Assembly: GCA_965223855.1 (NCBI GenBank)
Contig: CBDCXM010000009.1
Span: forward strand, 1,280,001-1,344,000
DNA length: 64,000 nt
From: Candidatus Multivoradales bacterium
Lineage (GTDB): Bacteria > Acidobacteriota > Thermoanaerobaculia > Multivoradales > JAHEKO01
Direction of reading: 5' to 3'
In this document: piece by piece, positions 37,505-48,337 of the stretch
Layout of the letters: each line of letters starts with the position of its first letter
How positions within the stretch are numbered: position 1 is the stretch's first letter
Program-made: the position numbers and the translations under genes
The notes under the pieces: generated by a model
Seen by the model: only the letters and a program-made list of their open reading frames with translations
What the model was told of the DNA's origin: nothing
Databases searched by the model: none

Positions 37505-39556
37505 TCAGGCGGCCGACATCGTTCGGCGGTACTGGTAGACGAGCACGAAGACGAGCCCTGCGACGCCGAGATACGGCGCCAGCGCGATCGGCGACGGCAG
37601 GCCGGAGCCGTTGTTCGCCAGCACGACGGCGGCGATCGACACCAGCACGCCCATCAGCGCCTCTCCGGTGATCAGACCGGAAGCGACCAGCAGCCCGGCG
37701 TTCTCGCGCTTCTGCTTGACCTCACCCGAGGCCGCCGCCGAGCGCTTGCCGACGTAGTGGGCGAGCAGGCCGCCGAAGAAGATCGGCACCGACAGCCCGA
37801 GCGGCAGGTAGACCCCGACCGCCACGGCCAGCACCGGGAACCGGAAGCTCGATCCACGGCCCTCCTGAATCTTGTCGAGGACGATCAGGATCACCGCCAG
37901 GGCGAAGCCCATGAAGATGAAGCGCCAGTTGATGCCGGCACCGAAGATGCCGCCGGCGAGGCTGCCCATCAGCGCCGCCTGCGGCGCCGCCAGCGGAGTG
38001 ACGTCCGGATCGACGACCCGGCCGATGCCGTACCCCTTGTCGAGGATGTTGAGCACCAGCGGGATGGCGACCGCCGCCGAGACGACGCCGACCACCTGGT
38101 AGATCTGCTGCTTCCACGGCGTCGCGCCGACGATGTGGCCGCACTTGAGGTCCTGCATGTTGTCGCCCGAGATCGCAGCCGCCGAACAGATGAGGCCGGC
38201 GAGATAGATGACGGCGATCGGCCCGAGCGTGGCGGCGATCCCCTCGTTGCCCATCAGCTGCAGCAGGATGAGCGCCGAGATGATCACCGTGGCGATGGTG
38301 ACGCCCGAGATCGGGTTGTTGGAGCTGCCGACGAGGCCGGCCATGTAGCCGGCGACCGAGCTGAAGATGAAGCCGAAGACCAGCATCAGCACCGTCATCA
38401 CCAGCGAGATCATCGTCTTGTTCGGATAGTCGCCGAGCGCGCTCTGGAAAACCAGGAAGACCGGGATGAGTCCCAGCAGGGCGACCCAGGCGACGTAGTT
38501 GATCGGCGTGTCGAACTCGGTGCGAACGACCGCCGAGGCGTTGCCCGAGCGCGACGCCTTGTAGGCGGCGAGGCTCGCCTTGACGCCGGAGGCGAGCGGC
38601 TTGAGCAGCGAGATCAGCGACCAGACGCCGCCGACGATCATGGCGCCGACGCCGATCCGGCGGCAGTCCTGCCACGCCTGGCCGGCGAGCGAGCCCCACT
38701 GCGACGAGGTGAGATCGCCCCACGGGGTGGACGGATCGATGCCTGCCGCCGTCATGACGTTGGTCGAGTTGAACATCCAGTTGAGCGGCACGCCGAGCAC
38801 GGTGCCGATGACGCCGCCGAGGAAGACCAGCACGGCGATGTTGAGGCCGACGATGTAGCCGACCCCGACGAGCGCCGGCGACAGCGAGACGTTGCCGGTC
38901 AGGAGCAGCTTGCCCTTCGAGAGCGCCGTCGTGCCGGCGACCGAGCTCGAGAGCCAGCCGAAGCCCGACTCGACGAGCTTGAAAAACGCTCCGACACCGG
39001 CCGCCTGCAGCAGACGCCGGAAGCCCTGCGCCGCCTCGCCGTCGTCGGCGCGTTCCGCTCCATCACCGGTTTCGATGCCGCCGGTCTTGAGCACCTCCGC
39101 CGTCGCCACGCCTTCGGGGAACTTGAGCCGGCTCTCGACGATCAGGGCGCGCCGCAGCGGAATCGTGAACGCGACCCCGAGCACGCCGCCGATGATCGCG
39201 ATCGCAACCAGCGGGCCGTACGGGTAGCCGTCCCAGGCGCCGAGGATGACGAGCGCCGGGATGGTGAAGATGATGCCCGCCACCAGCGACTCACCCGCCG
39301 AGGCGGAAGTCTGGACGAGGTTGTTCTCGAGGATGTTCGAGCGCCGGAAGAGGCGAAGCACCCCCATCGACACCGCCGCCGCGGGGATCGACGCGGAGAC
39401 CGTCAGGCCGACCAGCAGGCCGATGTACGCGTTGGCGGCCGCCAGGATCATCGACAGCAGGGCGCCGAGGATCAGGCCCTTGACGGTGATCTCCGCCAGG
39501 TTGACTTCGGGGGCGACCAGCGGCGGCGGCAGGGGGGCTTTGTTGGCATCCGACAT
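37505..39556 (-). CDS. OPT-family oligopeptide transporter
   Basis: ANAYIGLLVGLTVSASIPAA, LENNLVQT.ASAGES, FPEGVATAEVL, GSSNNPISG, DNMQDLK.G..VGATPWKQQ. Confidence 0.93.
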   Translation of the reverse strand: MSDANKAPLPPPLVAPEVNLAEITVKGLILGALLSMILAAANAYIGLLVGLTVSASIPAAAVSMGVLRLFRRSNILENNLVQTSASAGESLVAGIIFTIPALVILGAWDGYPYGPLVAIAIIGGVLGVAFTIPLRRALIVESRLKFPEGVATAEVLKTGGIETGDGAERADDGEAAQGFRRLLQAAGVGAFFKLVESGFGWLSSSVAGTTALSKGKLLLTGNVSLSPALVGVGYIVGLNIAVLVFLGGVIGTVLGVPLNWMFNSTNVMTAAGIDPSTPWGDLTSSQWGSLAGQAWQDCRRIGVGAMIVGGVWSLISLLKPLASGVKASLAAYKASRSGNASAVVRTEFDTPINYVAWVALLGLIPVFLVFQSALGDYPNKTMISLVMTVLMLVFGFIFSSVAGYMAGLVGSSNNPISGVTIATVIISALILLQLMGNEGIAATLGPIAVIYLAGLICSAAAISGDNMQDLKCGHIVGATPWKQQIYQVVGVVSAAVAIPLVLNILDKGYGIGRVVDPDVTPLAAPQAALMGSLAGGIFGAGINWRFIFMGFALAVILIVLDKIQEGRGSSFRFPVLAVAVGVYLPLGLSVPIFFGGLLAHYVGKRSAAASGEVKQKRENAGLLVASGLITGEALMGVLVSIAAVVLANNGSGLPSPIALAPYLGVAGLVFVLVYQYRRTMSAA

Positions 39557-39781
39557 CGAACGTCTCCTTTGGGTGACGAAAGACTCGAGAGTGTCGAGCC
39601 GGGCGCGGCCACGATCGGAAAAAGCCCCGCAGCCGCCCGGCATCCGTAGAAAGAGTGAGCGGGATGTTACACTAGCGATTCGCAGAGGAACCCCGCCCGC
39701 TCTCCACACCCCGTGCGTCCCGGAGAACGCCCTGCCCGGGTTCCCGAATTCCCTTTCAGAACCGTTGGAACGAGCTAAACG

Positions 39782-40972
39782 ATGAGACCCTGGTGGTTAC
39801 GACCGCCTGCGGACGACGACGCCGAAAGCGACGCGCCGCAAGAAGACAGAGAAGAAGCCGACGCGGAAGCCGCGCCGGCCGAGGAAGCCGAAGAACCGAC
39901 ATCCGAACCGGCACCCGGGGACCGCAAGCGTTCCTCGCGTGGCCGCTCGGGCCGAACCAGAAAAACCGAATCGAGCGACGACGCTCCCGACGAGGCCGAG
40001 GCACAAGCCGGCAGCGACGGGGACGACGACGAGGCCGACCAGAACCAGGCTGCCGAGCAGGCGAGTTCCGGCAACGGCGGGGCGCGCAAGCGCCGTGAGA
40101 ACGGCAGGCGCTCCTCGAAGCGCCGCAACGACCCCCCCAAGGTGGAGATTCTCGAGCAGGAGATCCCGGCCTACGAGGAGATCGTCGTCGCCGATTCAGG
40201 GGGTAGTTCCGTGAACAGTCAGGAAGAAAGCAGGATCGCTCTGTTCTGCGATCTGGAGAACGTGGCGCTCGGCGTGCGCGACTCCGACATCAAGAAGTTC
40301 GAATTGAACCTCGTTCTCGAGCGTCTGCTCGAGAAGGGGAAGATCATCGTCAAGAAGGCCTACTGTGACTGGGAGCGCTACAGCGAGTTCAAGCGCCCGT
40401 TCCACGAGGCGGCCGTCGAGATGATCGACATCCCGCAGAAGTACTACTCCGGCAAGAACTCGGCCGACATCAAGATGGCGGTCGACGCCCTGGAGCTGTG
40501 CTATGCCAAGGACCACGTCGACACCTTCGCCATCCTCTCCGGCGACAGCGACTTCTCGCCGCTGGTGTCGAAGCTGCGCGAGGCCAACAAGCTGGTGATC
40601 GGTGTCGGCGTCAAGAACTCGTCGTCGGCCCTTCTCGTCGACAACTGCGACGACTTCATGTTCTACGAGGACCTGTGGCGCGAGAAGCGCAGTTCGCCGA
40701 AGGCCGTGGGTGGCAACAAGAAGCAGGGCGAAGCGTTCAACCTGATGATCGACTCGATCAAGGCGCTGATGCGCGAGAACAAGGACGTGCTGTGGGGCTC
40801 GATGGTCAAGCAGACCATGAAGCGCAAGCGCCCGTCGTTCAACGAGGGCTACCACGGCTACTCGACGTTCTCCGAGCTGCTCGAGGACGCCGAGAAGCAC
40901 AAGATCGTGCGTCTCAAACGCGATCAGCGGTCGGGCTCGTACATCATCACCGGCTTCGCCGGCGGCCGCTGA
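39782..40972 (+). CDS. NYN (PIN-like) domain protein with C-terminal OST-HTH/LOTUS domain
   Basis: IALFCDLENV, KAYCDW, GKNSADIKMAVDA, SGDSDFSPLV, SMVKQTMKRKRPSFNE.YHGY; start uncertain, acidic low-complexity N-terminus. Confidence 0.88.
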   Translation: MRPWWLRPPADDDAESDAPQEDREEADAEAAPAEEAEEPTSEPAPGDRKRSSRGRSGRTRKTESSDDAPDEAEAQAGSDGDDDEADQNQAAEQASSGNGGARKRRENGRRSSKRRNDPPKVEILEQEIPAYEEIVVADSGGSSVNSQEESRIALFCDLENVALGVRDSDIKKFELNLVLERLLEKGKIIVKKAYCDWERYSEFKRPFHEAAVEMIDIPQKYYSGKNSADIKMAVDALELCYAKDHVDTFAILSGDSDFSPLVSKLREANKLVIGVGVKNSSSALLVDNCDDFMFYEDLWREKRSSPKAVGGNKKQGEAFNLMIDSIKALMRENKDVLWGSMVKQTMKRKRPSFNEGYHGYSTFSELLEDAEKHKIVRLKRDQRSGSYIITGFAGGR

Positions 40973-41131
40973 CCCGGCGGGCTCGCCCGGCCGACGGGCG
41001 TGACCGGCTCCGACGGGAGAGCTCCGTCGTTGTGGTAACTTGTGCGGCTCAGCGCAGCCGCGCGCCGGTCCCGTTCCCGGGGCCGGCACAACGACCGGAA
41101 GCCGGTCGCAAGTCGTCTGGAGCCAGTTCGG

Positions 41132-41626
41132 ATGTCGAGCACGTACCTGGAGGTCTACGAAGAGGAGTTCGAGCGCCTGGCAGAGGCCCTGCGCCGGCTC
41201 CGCTACGCCTCGAACGCCGAAGCGGTCTTCCTGATCGACAAGAACGGTCAGCAGATCGCCGCGGCCGGTGAGACCGAGAATTTCGATTCGACCTCGCTCG
41301 CCTCGCTGACGGCCGGCAACGTCGCCGCCACCGACGGTCTCGCCAAGCTCATCGGTGAGCGCGAGTTCTCGGTGCTCTTCCACGAGGGAGAGCGCGACCA
41401 CATCCACATCTCGCTGGTCGCCGATCGGGCGATCCTGCTGGTGATCTTCAACGAGCGTTCGTCGCTCGGTCTCGTGAGACTCAGGGTGCGGCGGGCGAGC
41501 GACGAGCTCGAGCAGATCTTCCGCGATGTGACCGAGAAGCACGAGAGCGAGCACGGCGATGACTCGCAGTCGAGTCCCTTCTGGGAGATCACTGACGAGG
41601 ACATCGACAGCCTGTTCAACGAGTGA
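41132..41626 (+). CDS. mglB: Roadblock/LC7 GTPase-activating protein
   Basis: FLIDKNGQ, TSLASLTAGNVAATDGLAKLIGE.EFSVLFHEGE, SSLGLVRLRV, EITDEDID.LF. Confidence 0.93.
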   Translation: MSSTYLEVYEEEFERLAEALRRLRYASNAEAVFLIDKNGQQIAAAGETENFDSTSLASLTAGNVAATDGLAKLIGEREFSVLFHEGERDHIHISLVADRAILLVIFNERSSLGLVRLRVRRASDELEQIFRDVTEKHESEHGDDSQSSPFWEITDEDIDSLFNE

Positions 41627-41691
41627 GAGGTGAGTTGCGAGGGAGCGGGCGTGAGCCCGATTCCTGATCGCCGAGCCCCGACGGTCCGACG

Positions 41692-42276
41692 ATGACGTTC
41701 ATCAACTACGCAGCGAAGGAGATCAACTGCAAGATCGTCTATTACGGGCCCGGCCTCGGCGGTAAGACGACGAACCTCCAGCACATCTACACCAAGACCG
41801 CTCCCGACCGGAAGGGCAAGATGATCTCGCTCGCCACCGAGGCGGACCGGACGCTCTTCTTCGATTTTCTGCCGCTCGACCTCGGCTCGATCCGCGGCTT
41901 CACGACCCGCTTCCACCTCTACACAGTTCCCGGGCAGGTGTTCTACGACGCCAGTCGCAAGCTGATCCTCAAGGGGGTCGACGGAGTGATCTTCGTCGCC
42001 GACTCGCAGACCGAGCGGCTGGAGGCCAACATCGAGTCGATCCGCAATCTCGAGGCGAATCTCGCGGAGTACGGTTTCGACCTGCGGACGCTTCCGTATG
42101 CGCTGCAGTTCAACAAGCGCGACCTCGAGAACACCATGCCGAGCGAAGAGATGTACAAGATGCTCAACTACAAGCGTGAGCCGACCTTCGAGGCGATCGC
42201 GACGACCGGTGTCGGCGTGTTCGAGACGCTCAAGTCGGTCGCCAAGCAGATTCTCGTCGAACTGAGGAAGAGGTAG
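41692..42276 (+). CDS. mglA: MglA-family small GTPase
   Basis: [47 protein letters not shown]. Confidence 0.96.
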   Translation: MTFINYAAKEINCKIVYYGPGLGGKTTNLQHIYTKTAPDRKGKMISLATEADRTLFFDFLPLDLGSIRGFTTRFHLYTVPGQVFYDASRKLILKGVDGVIFVADSQTERLEANIESIRNLEANLAEYGFDLRTLPYALQFNKRDLENTMPSEEMYKMLNYKREPTFEAIATTGVGVFETLKSVAKQILVELRKR

Positions 42277-42285
42277 GCGGTCGCC

Positions 42286-42921
42286 GTGGCAAAACGCTGG
42301 AAGCCCCAGGAGATCACCTACCTCAAGCGCTACGCCAAGCTGCGTCACGTCGGCGAGCTCGCCGAGCGCTTCAAGACCGACGCGACCACCGTGCAACTCA
42401 AGCTCAAGGAGCTGGAGCTCGAAGCGCTCGACTCGGTCGAGCCCGCACCGCTAGAAGGGAGCCATCAGCTCGAGCTGTTCGAGCGCGCGCTCAAGGCGCT
42501 GCACGCCGGCAGGTTCGCGCAGGCGAGAGGCGGTTTCGAGAAGGTGATCGCCCAGGGAGATCAGCCCGATCTCATCAACCGTGCCCGCAGGTACCTGACG
42601 ATCGCCGCGGAGCAGGCCAAGGGCGGCCCCGAGGACGTCGAGGCCGACGACCCCTACCTGCAGGCGGTCTACGAGCGCAACAACGGCAACTTCGACGCCG
42701 CACTGGCGATCGCGAGCGCCGGGGGTCGACGTTCGAAGGACGCCCGCTTCGCGTATCTGGTGGCCTCGATCCACGTCGCCCGCGAGGAGTTCGAGGAGGC
42801 GGCCGGCTTCCTGACGACGGCGATCGAGCTCGATCCGATGGCGCGCGTCAACGCGGTCAACGACGCGGACTTTGCCGCGCTGCGCGAGGTCGAGGAGTAC
42901 GCCGACCTCTTCGTGGAGTAG
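42286..42921 (+). CDS. TPR-like hypothetical protein
   Basis: N-terminal W...E..YLK HTH-like segment; helical repeats; AIELDP..R..A..D.DF..LR TPR-end motif. Confidence 0.7.
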   Translation: MAKRWKPQEITYLKRYAKLRHVGELAERFKTDATTVQLKLKELELEALDSVEPAPLEGSHQLELFERALKALHAGRFAQARGGFEKVIAQGDQPDLINRARRYLTIAAEQAKGGPEDVEADDPYLQAVYERNNGNFDAALAIASAGGRRSKDARFAYLVASIHVAREEFEEAAGFLTTAIELDPMARVNAVNDADFAALREVEEYADLFVE

Positions 42922-42932
42922 CGGCGCCGACG

Positions 42933-43913
42933 ATGAGCGGACTGAAGGTCGTCGCCATCGGTGGCGGCAGCGGCCTCGCGGTCCTGCTGCGCGGGCTGAA
43001 GCGCCACGTCGGCGAGCGGCTCGAGGAACTCGTCGCCGTCGTCACGGTCAGCGATGACGGCGGCTCCTCAGGTCGTCTGCGGCGCGACTTCGGCGTGCCG
43101 CCGCCGGGCGACATCCGCAACTGCATCGTCGCCCTCGCGGACGACGAGGCGCTGCTGTCGCGCCTGTTCCAGTATCGCTTCGTCGGCGGTGAGGGCCTCG
43201 CCGGCCACTCGTTCGGCAATCTGCTGCTGACCGCGCTGACCGGCATCACGGGCGATTTCTACCAGGCGATCCTGACCGCCGAGTCGATCCTGTCGGTGCG
43301 CGGCCGCATCCTGCCGGCGACTCTGACCGACGTGCGGCTCATCGCGACCGGCCGCTCCGGCCGCTCCTACGACGGCGAATCGGCGATCGGCAGCGCGGGC
43401 GAGCCTATCGAGCAGGTGTCGATGGAGCCGGGCGGCGCGGCCGCGTTCCCGCCGGCGGAGGAGGCGATTCGCCGGGCGGATCTCGTGCTGCTGGGCCCGG
43501 GGTCGCTCTACACTTCGATCGTGCCCAATCTGCTCATCCCGGGAATCCGGCGCGCGGTGAGGGAGACCGACGGCCGGGTCTGTCTGTTGCTCAATCTGAT
43601 GACGCAGCCCGGCGAAACCGACGGCATGGGAGCCGCCGCCCACTTCGAGGTGGTGCGGCGCTATCTCGGTGAGGAAGCGGTCGACCGGGTCATCTTTCAT
43701 CACGGAGAGCTGCCGGAACGCCTCGTGCAGCGCTATGCCGACCAGGGAGCGGAGCCGGTGATCGCCGCCGAAGAGACCGCCTTCGACGGTGCCGTCGCGG
43801 TGGCGCGGGATCTGCTGGAGGACGGTGAGCTGGTCCGGCACGACCCGGCGAAGCTGGCGGCGGCGGCGCTCGATCAGGCTGACGAGCGAGAGGAAGGTTC
43901 CGCAGATGGCTGA
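42933..43913 (+). CDS. yvcK: YvcK/GlmR (UPF0052) family protein
   Basis: VVAIGGGSGL, VTVSDDGGSSGRLR, PPGDIRNC, GHSFGNL, GPGSLYTS, NLMTQPGET, RHDP.KL. Confidence 0.93.
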   Translation: MSGLKVVAIGGGSGLAVLLRGLKRHVGERLEELVAVVTVSDDGGSSGRLRRDFGVPPPGDIRNCIVALADDEALLSRLFQYRFVGGEGLAGHSFGNLLLTALTGITGDFYQAILTAESILSVRGRILPATLTDVRLIATGRSGRSYDGESAIGSAGEPIEQVSMEPGGAAAFPPAEEAIRRADLVLLGPGSLYTSIVPNLLIPGIRRAVRETDGRVCLLLNLMTQPGETDGMGAAAHFEVVRRYLGEEAVDRVIFHHGELPERLVQRYADQGAEPVIAAEETAFDGAVAVARDLLEDGELVRHDPAKLAAAALDQADEREEGSADG

Positions 43914-45291
43914 CGCACCGAGGGCGGTGGTTCTGGCGGCGGGCAAGGGGACGAGGATGAAGTCCGTCCGCCCCAAGGTGTTGCACGAGGTGGCGGGCCG
44001 GCCGATGCTCGCCTGGGTGCTCGACGCTGCGCGCGAGGCGGGCTGCGCCGAGCTGGTCGTCGTCGTCGGCCACGGTGCCGACGAGGTCCGGGCGGCCGTC
44101 GAGGCGAGGGACGTGCGCTTCGTCGTTCAGCAGGAGCAGCGCGGCACCGGCCACGCCCTGGCCTGCGCCCGCGACCTGGTGCCGGCCGATTCGGTGATGC
44201 TCGTCCTCTCGGGCGACGTGCCGCTGCTGCGGCCGGCGACCCTCGCCGGCCTGCTCGATGCCGCGCGCGAGAGCTGGGGAGCTCTGGCGGTCGCCCGGCA
44301 CGACGATCCCGGCTCGCTCGGCCGTGTCGTGGTGGAGAGTGACGGCTCTCTCGAGCGGATCGTGGAGGCCGCCGACGCGACCGCCGAGGAGCTGGCGATC
44401 GACCTCGTCAACGCCGGGATCTACGCCCTGCCGGCGGGCGACACCTTCGCGCGCCTCGATCGGCTCGGTACCGACAACGCAAAGGGCGAGCTCTACCTCA
44501 CCGACGCTCTGGGCGGTGCGGCGGCGGACGGCGAGAGGGTGGTGCCGGTGGAACTGGAGGATCCGGGGGAGGCGTTCGGCGCCAACGACCGGCTCGATCT
44601 GGCGCGTATCCATCGCACGTTCCTCGACCGCAAGCTCGCCGCACTGGCCGAAGAGGGGGTGACGGTACTGGAGCCGGAGCGCACCGTCATCGAGCCGCAG
44701 GTCGAGATCGGTGCCGACACGGTGATTCACCCCGGGGTGTCTCTGACCGGACGGACGACGATCGGCGCCGGCAGCGTGATCGAACAGGGATGCTGGGTCC
44801 GCTCCTCGACGCTCGGTGCCGGTGTGACCCTGCTCCCGTACAGCGTCCTCGAAGGGGCGGCGGTCGAGGCGGACTGCCGGATCGGTCCGTTCGCCCGCCT
44901 GCGCCCCGGAGCGCAACTCGACTCCGACGCCCGGGTCGGCAACTTCGTCGAAGTCAAGAACGCGCGCCTCGGCCCCGGGGTCAAGGCGGGGCATCTCGCC
45001 TATCTCGGCGATGCGGAGATCGGCGCCGGCACCAACATCGGCGCCGGCACGATCACGTGCAACTACGACGGCGTGGAGAAGCACCGCACCACCATCGGCA
45101 GGGACGTCTTCGTCGGCAGCGACACCATGCTGGTGGCGCCGGTGGAGCTGGGAGACGAGGCGAGCACCGCCGCCGGATCGGTGATCCACAAGGACGTTCC
45201 GGAGGGTGCGCTCGGGGTGGCGCGCACCCGGCAGCGAAACATCGAGGGGTGGGCCGAGCGCTCTCGCAGGAAGCGCGACGAGCGCGACTGA
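43906..45291 (+). CDS. glmU: Bifunctional UDP-GlcNAc pyrophosphorylase/acetyltransferase
   Basis: LAAGKGTRMKS..PKVLH, GELYLTD, GPFARLRP, GNFVEVK, HLAYLGDA, NYDG. Confidence 0.96.
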   Translation: MADAPRAVVLAAGKGTRMKSVRPKVLHEVAGRPMLAWVLDAAREAGCAELVVVVGHGADEVRAAVEARDVRFVVQQEQRGTGHALACARDLVPADSVMLVLSGDVPLLRPATLAGLLDAARESWGALAVARHDDPGSLGRVVVESDGSLERIVEAADATAEELAIDLVNAGIYALPAGDTFARLDRLGTDNAKGELYLTDALGGAAADGERVVPVELEDPGEAFGANDRLDLARIHRTFLDRKLAALAEEGVTVLEPERTVIEPQVEIGADTVIHPGVSLTGRTTIGAGSVIEQGCWVRSSTLGAGVTLLPYSVLEGAAVEADCRIGPFARLRPGAQLDSDARVGNFVEVKNARLGPGVKAGHLAYLGDAEIGAGTNIGAGTITCNYDGVEKHRTTIGRDVFVGSDTMLVAPVELGDEASTAAGSVIHKDVPEGALGVARTRQRNIEGWAERSRRKRDERD

Positions 45292-45315
45292 GTCCTGTGC
45301 TAGTAAGCTCCCGCC

Positions 45316-47143
45316 ATGTGCGGAATCGTCGGCTACGTCGGTGAGCGTGAAGTGATCCCCGTCCTGATGGACGGTCTGAGGCGCCTCGAATATCGCGGTT
45401 ACGACTCGGCGGGCGTGGCCGTGGTCGAGCAGGGGAATCTCGGGACGGTGCGCGCCGCCGGCAAGCTCGATCGACTGGTCGAGAAGCTCAACGGCGGCAA
45501 GCCGCCGGGCGCCTTCGGCCTCGGCCACACGCGCTGGGCGACCCACGGCGCGCCGATCGAGCGCAACGCTCATCCGCTGGTCGATTCGAAGGGGCGGGTG
45601 GCGCTGATCCACAACGGTATCGTCGAGAACTTCCTCGAGATCAAGCGACGTCTGTCGTCGGAGGGCTGGGAGTTCGTCTCCGACACCGATACCGAGGTGA
45701 TCGCCAACCTCGTCAGCTATCACCTCGACGGCGATCTCACGCAGGCGGTGCGCAAGGCGGTCTCCGAGCTCGACGGCATGTTCGCCATCGCCGTGGTCTC
45801 GACAGCCGATCACGCCCACCAGCAGATCGTTGTCGCCCGGCAGGGGCCGCCGCTGATTCTGGGCGTCGGCGAGGGAGAGACCTTCCTGGCGTCCGATCCG
45901 GCGGCGCTGCTGGCGCACACGAAGGATGTCGTCTTCCTCGAGAACGGAGACGTCGCCCTGCTGACCCCGGACGGCATCACCACCTGGGGCGTCGGACGGA
46001 GAGGTCGTGGAAAGGCCGGTGACCCGCCTGACCTGGGATCCGATCCAGGCCGAGAAGGGCGGCTACAAGCACTTCATGGCGAAGGAGATCCACGAGCAGC
46101 CGCAGGCGGTGCAGGACACCTTTGCCGGTCGCATCGACTTCGAGACCGCAAGCGTCGATTTCGACGAGCTGACGATCTCGGCCGAGGAGGCCGAGCGGCT
46201 GCGCGGGGTCGACCTCCTGGCCTGCGGAACGTCCTGGCATGCCGCCCTGGTCGGCAAGTTCCTCATCGAGGAGCTGGCGCGGCTGCCGGTCGAAGTCGAC
46301 TACGGATCGGAGTATCGGTATCGCGACCCCCTGGTGAGCGAGGGCTACCTGGCGGTCGGCATTTCGCAGTCGGGCGAGACCGCCGACACCCTCTCGGCGA
46401 TGGCGGCGGCCGAGGAACGGGGCGCGCGGCTGGCGGCGATCTGCAACGTGCAGGGCTCTCAGGCGACGAGGGTGAGCGACGGTGTGCTCTACACCCATGC
46501 CGGGCCGGAGATCGGCGTCGCCTCGACCAAGGCGTTCACCACCCAGTTGACCGCTCTCTACCTGCTGGCGCTCTACCTGCGGCAGGTGCGTGGCATGGGA
46601 GTCACCCAGGAGCAGGTGGCGGCACTCGCTCACCTGCCGGCGGCGATCGATACGGCGCTGGAGCAGGAGGAGGCGATCGCCGAGCTGGCTCGCCGCTATT
46701 CCCGCGCGGAGAACTTCCTCTACCTCGGGCGGGGCATCAACTATCCGATCGCCCTGGAGGGTGCGCTGAAGCTCAAGGAGATCTCCTACATCCATGCCGA
46801 GGGCTACCCGGCAGGCGAGATGAAGCACGGTCCGATCGCGCTCATCGACCAGGAGATGCCGGTGGTCGCCATCGCCACCGGCGACCGCCTGTTCGACAAG
46901 ATGCGATCGAACATGCAGGAGGCCCGTGCCCGCGACGGCGTCGTCCTGGCGGTGACCGACCGCGAGCCGGAGGAGCTCGAAGGGGCGGCCGACGAGGTGA
47001 TGGTGGTGCCGTGCGTCTCGGAGTTGCTGCAGCCGATCGTCAACACGATTCCGCTGCAGCTGTTTGCCTACCACGTCGCCGTGCGGCGCGGCTGTGACGT
47101 CGATCAGCCTCGCAATCTCGCGAAGAGCGTGACGGTCGAGTAG
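45316..47143 (+). CDS. glmS: Glutamine-fructose-6-phosphate transaminase (1-nt indel near 45994)
   Basis: MCGIVG, LEYRGYDSAG, GHTRWATHG; second frame has SQSGETADT, GVASTKAFT, EMKHGP, PRNLAKSVTVE. Confidence 0.95.
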
Positions 47144-47179
47144 CGATCCGGACCGGCGGAGCGCCGACCCCGGGCGACG

Positions 47180-48214
47180 TCAGCCGGCCAGGTCGATGGC
47201 GAGGATCGTGACCGGCTGCAGCTCGTCGAGCGGCGGCAGGGCGCCGTTCGACAGTCGGCCGTACTGCGAGTTGGCGATGTAGTAGAGGGTGTCCCCGACC
47301 AGCACGCCGGTGAGCGGATCGTTCCACTGCGGGTCGTCTTCCGCGAGCACGTCGGCATCGACGATCGTCCGCCGTTGCCCGTCGAGGTGGTATCGCCTCA
47401 CGACGCCCTCGGTCGGGTGGATGCCGATCAGTGAGCTGCCGTGAAAGTAGAGCCCGTCGGCGGGCGACGTCATCAGAGCGTTCGGATCGTCGAGCGAAAG
47501 CCGTTCGGCGGTCGCCGTGTCGAAGGAGCTCACCCCTTCGGCATGGGCGACGTAGAGCCGCCCGTCGTCGCCGAAGGTGAGCCCGTTCGGGTTCTTGAAG
47601 CGACCCGGCCGCGCGAAGATCTGCAGCTCGGAAGCGCCCTCCTCGAGTACCCAGACCGCCGGCGCATTGAACATGTGGGTGATGTAGACGTTCCCCTGCG
47701 GCCCCAGCTCGAGGTCGTTGAAGAAGTGGGTACCGCCCTCTTCGCCGACCGTCCAGCGATCCACGAGCGACCCGTCCTCCAACGAGAAAGCGAAGAGCCC
47801 CGAGGCGTTCCCTCGGCCTCCCTGATGCCCCTCCAGATTGCCGCCGTCCGCACTCGCCACCCATAGCCGGCGCGCCCGAGCGTCGACCTTCATCCCCATC
47901 ACCATCCACATCCCCTCGGCTCGAGGGCCGACGAAGTCACTCGCCGTGCCGTCGGCGGTCACGCGCACGATCTTCCCCTTGCGCGTCGAGCCGACGAAGA
48001 AGTCGCCGGTCACCGGATCGTGGGCGAGGTTCTCGGGGAGCAGGTCGCGCTCCTCGAGGGTGAAGGCCACCCGCGGGGGCCCCGCTTCGGGTGGAGTTTC
48101 CGACTCGATGTCGGAGCGGCCGCAGCCGGTCAGAGCGAGCAGCAGCGCAGAGCAGAGGAGAGCGGGAGCGAGAAGCTCGCCGTAGGGGCGAGTCGGGAGG
48201 CGGTCGGGTCGCAT
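47180..48214 (-). CDS. SMP-30/gluconolactonase-like beta-propeller lipoprotein
   Basis: LTGC lipobox, LLPENLAHDP, FFNDL, NPNGLTF, ADGL. Confidence 0.7.
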   Translation of the reverse strand: MRPDRLPTRPYGELLAPALLCSALLLALTGCGRSDIESETPPEAGPPRVAFTLEERDLLPENLAHDPVTGDFFVGSTRKGKIVRVTADGTASDFVGPRAEGMWMVMGMKVDARARRLWVASADGGNLEGHQGGRGNASGLFAFSLEDGSLVDRWTVGEEGGTHFFNDLELGPQGNVYITHMFNAPAVWVLEEGASELQIFARPGRFKNPNGLTFGDDGRLYVAHAEGVSSFDTATAERLSLDDPNALMTSPADGLYFHGSSLIGIHPTEGVVRRYHLDGQRRTIVDADVLAEDDPQWNDPLTGVLVGDTLYYIANSQYGRLSNGALPPLDELQPVTILAIDLAG

Positions 48215-48337
48215 CCGGGGAGTCTACCGTCGCCTCCCATCGCGCCGAGCGCCGGAGGAGGCGGCCGGCGCTCGTGCCTCGGGGAGGGTGTACAGTGTGC
48301 CGGGGGTTCGACAGGAAGTCGGCATGGAGAGGCGCAG

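Noticed and set aside
45960-46030. Programmed frameshift or riboswitch control in glmS
   Set aside because: No slippery heptamer is evident, similar indels occur in unrelated genes, and the 24-bp gap upstream of glmS leaves no room for a glmS ribozyme.
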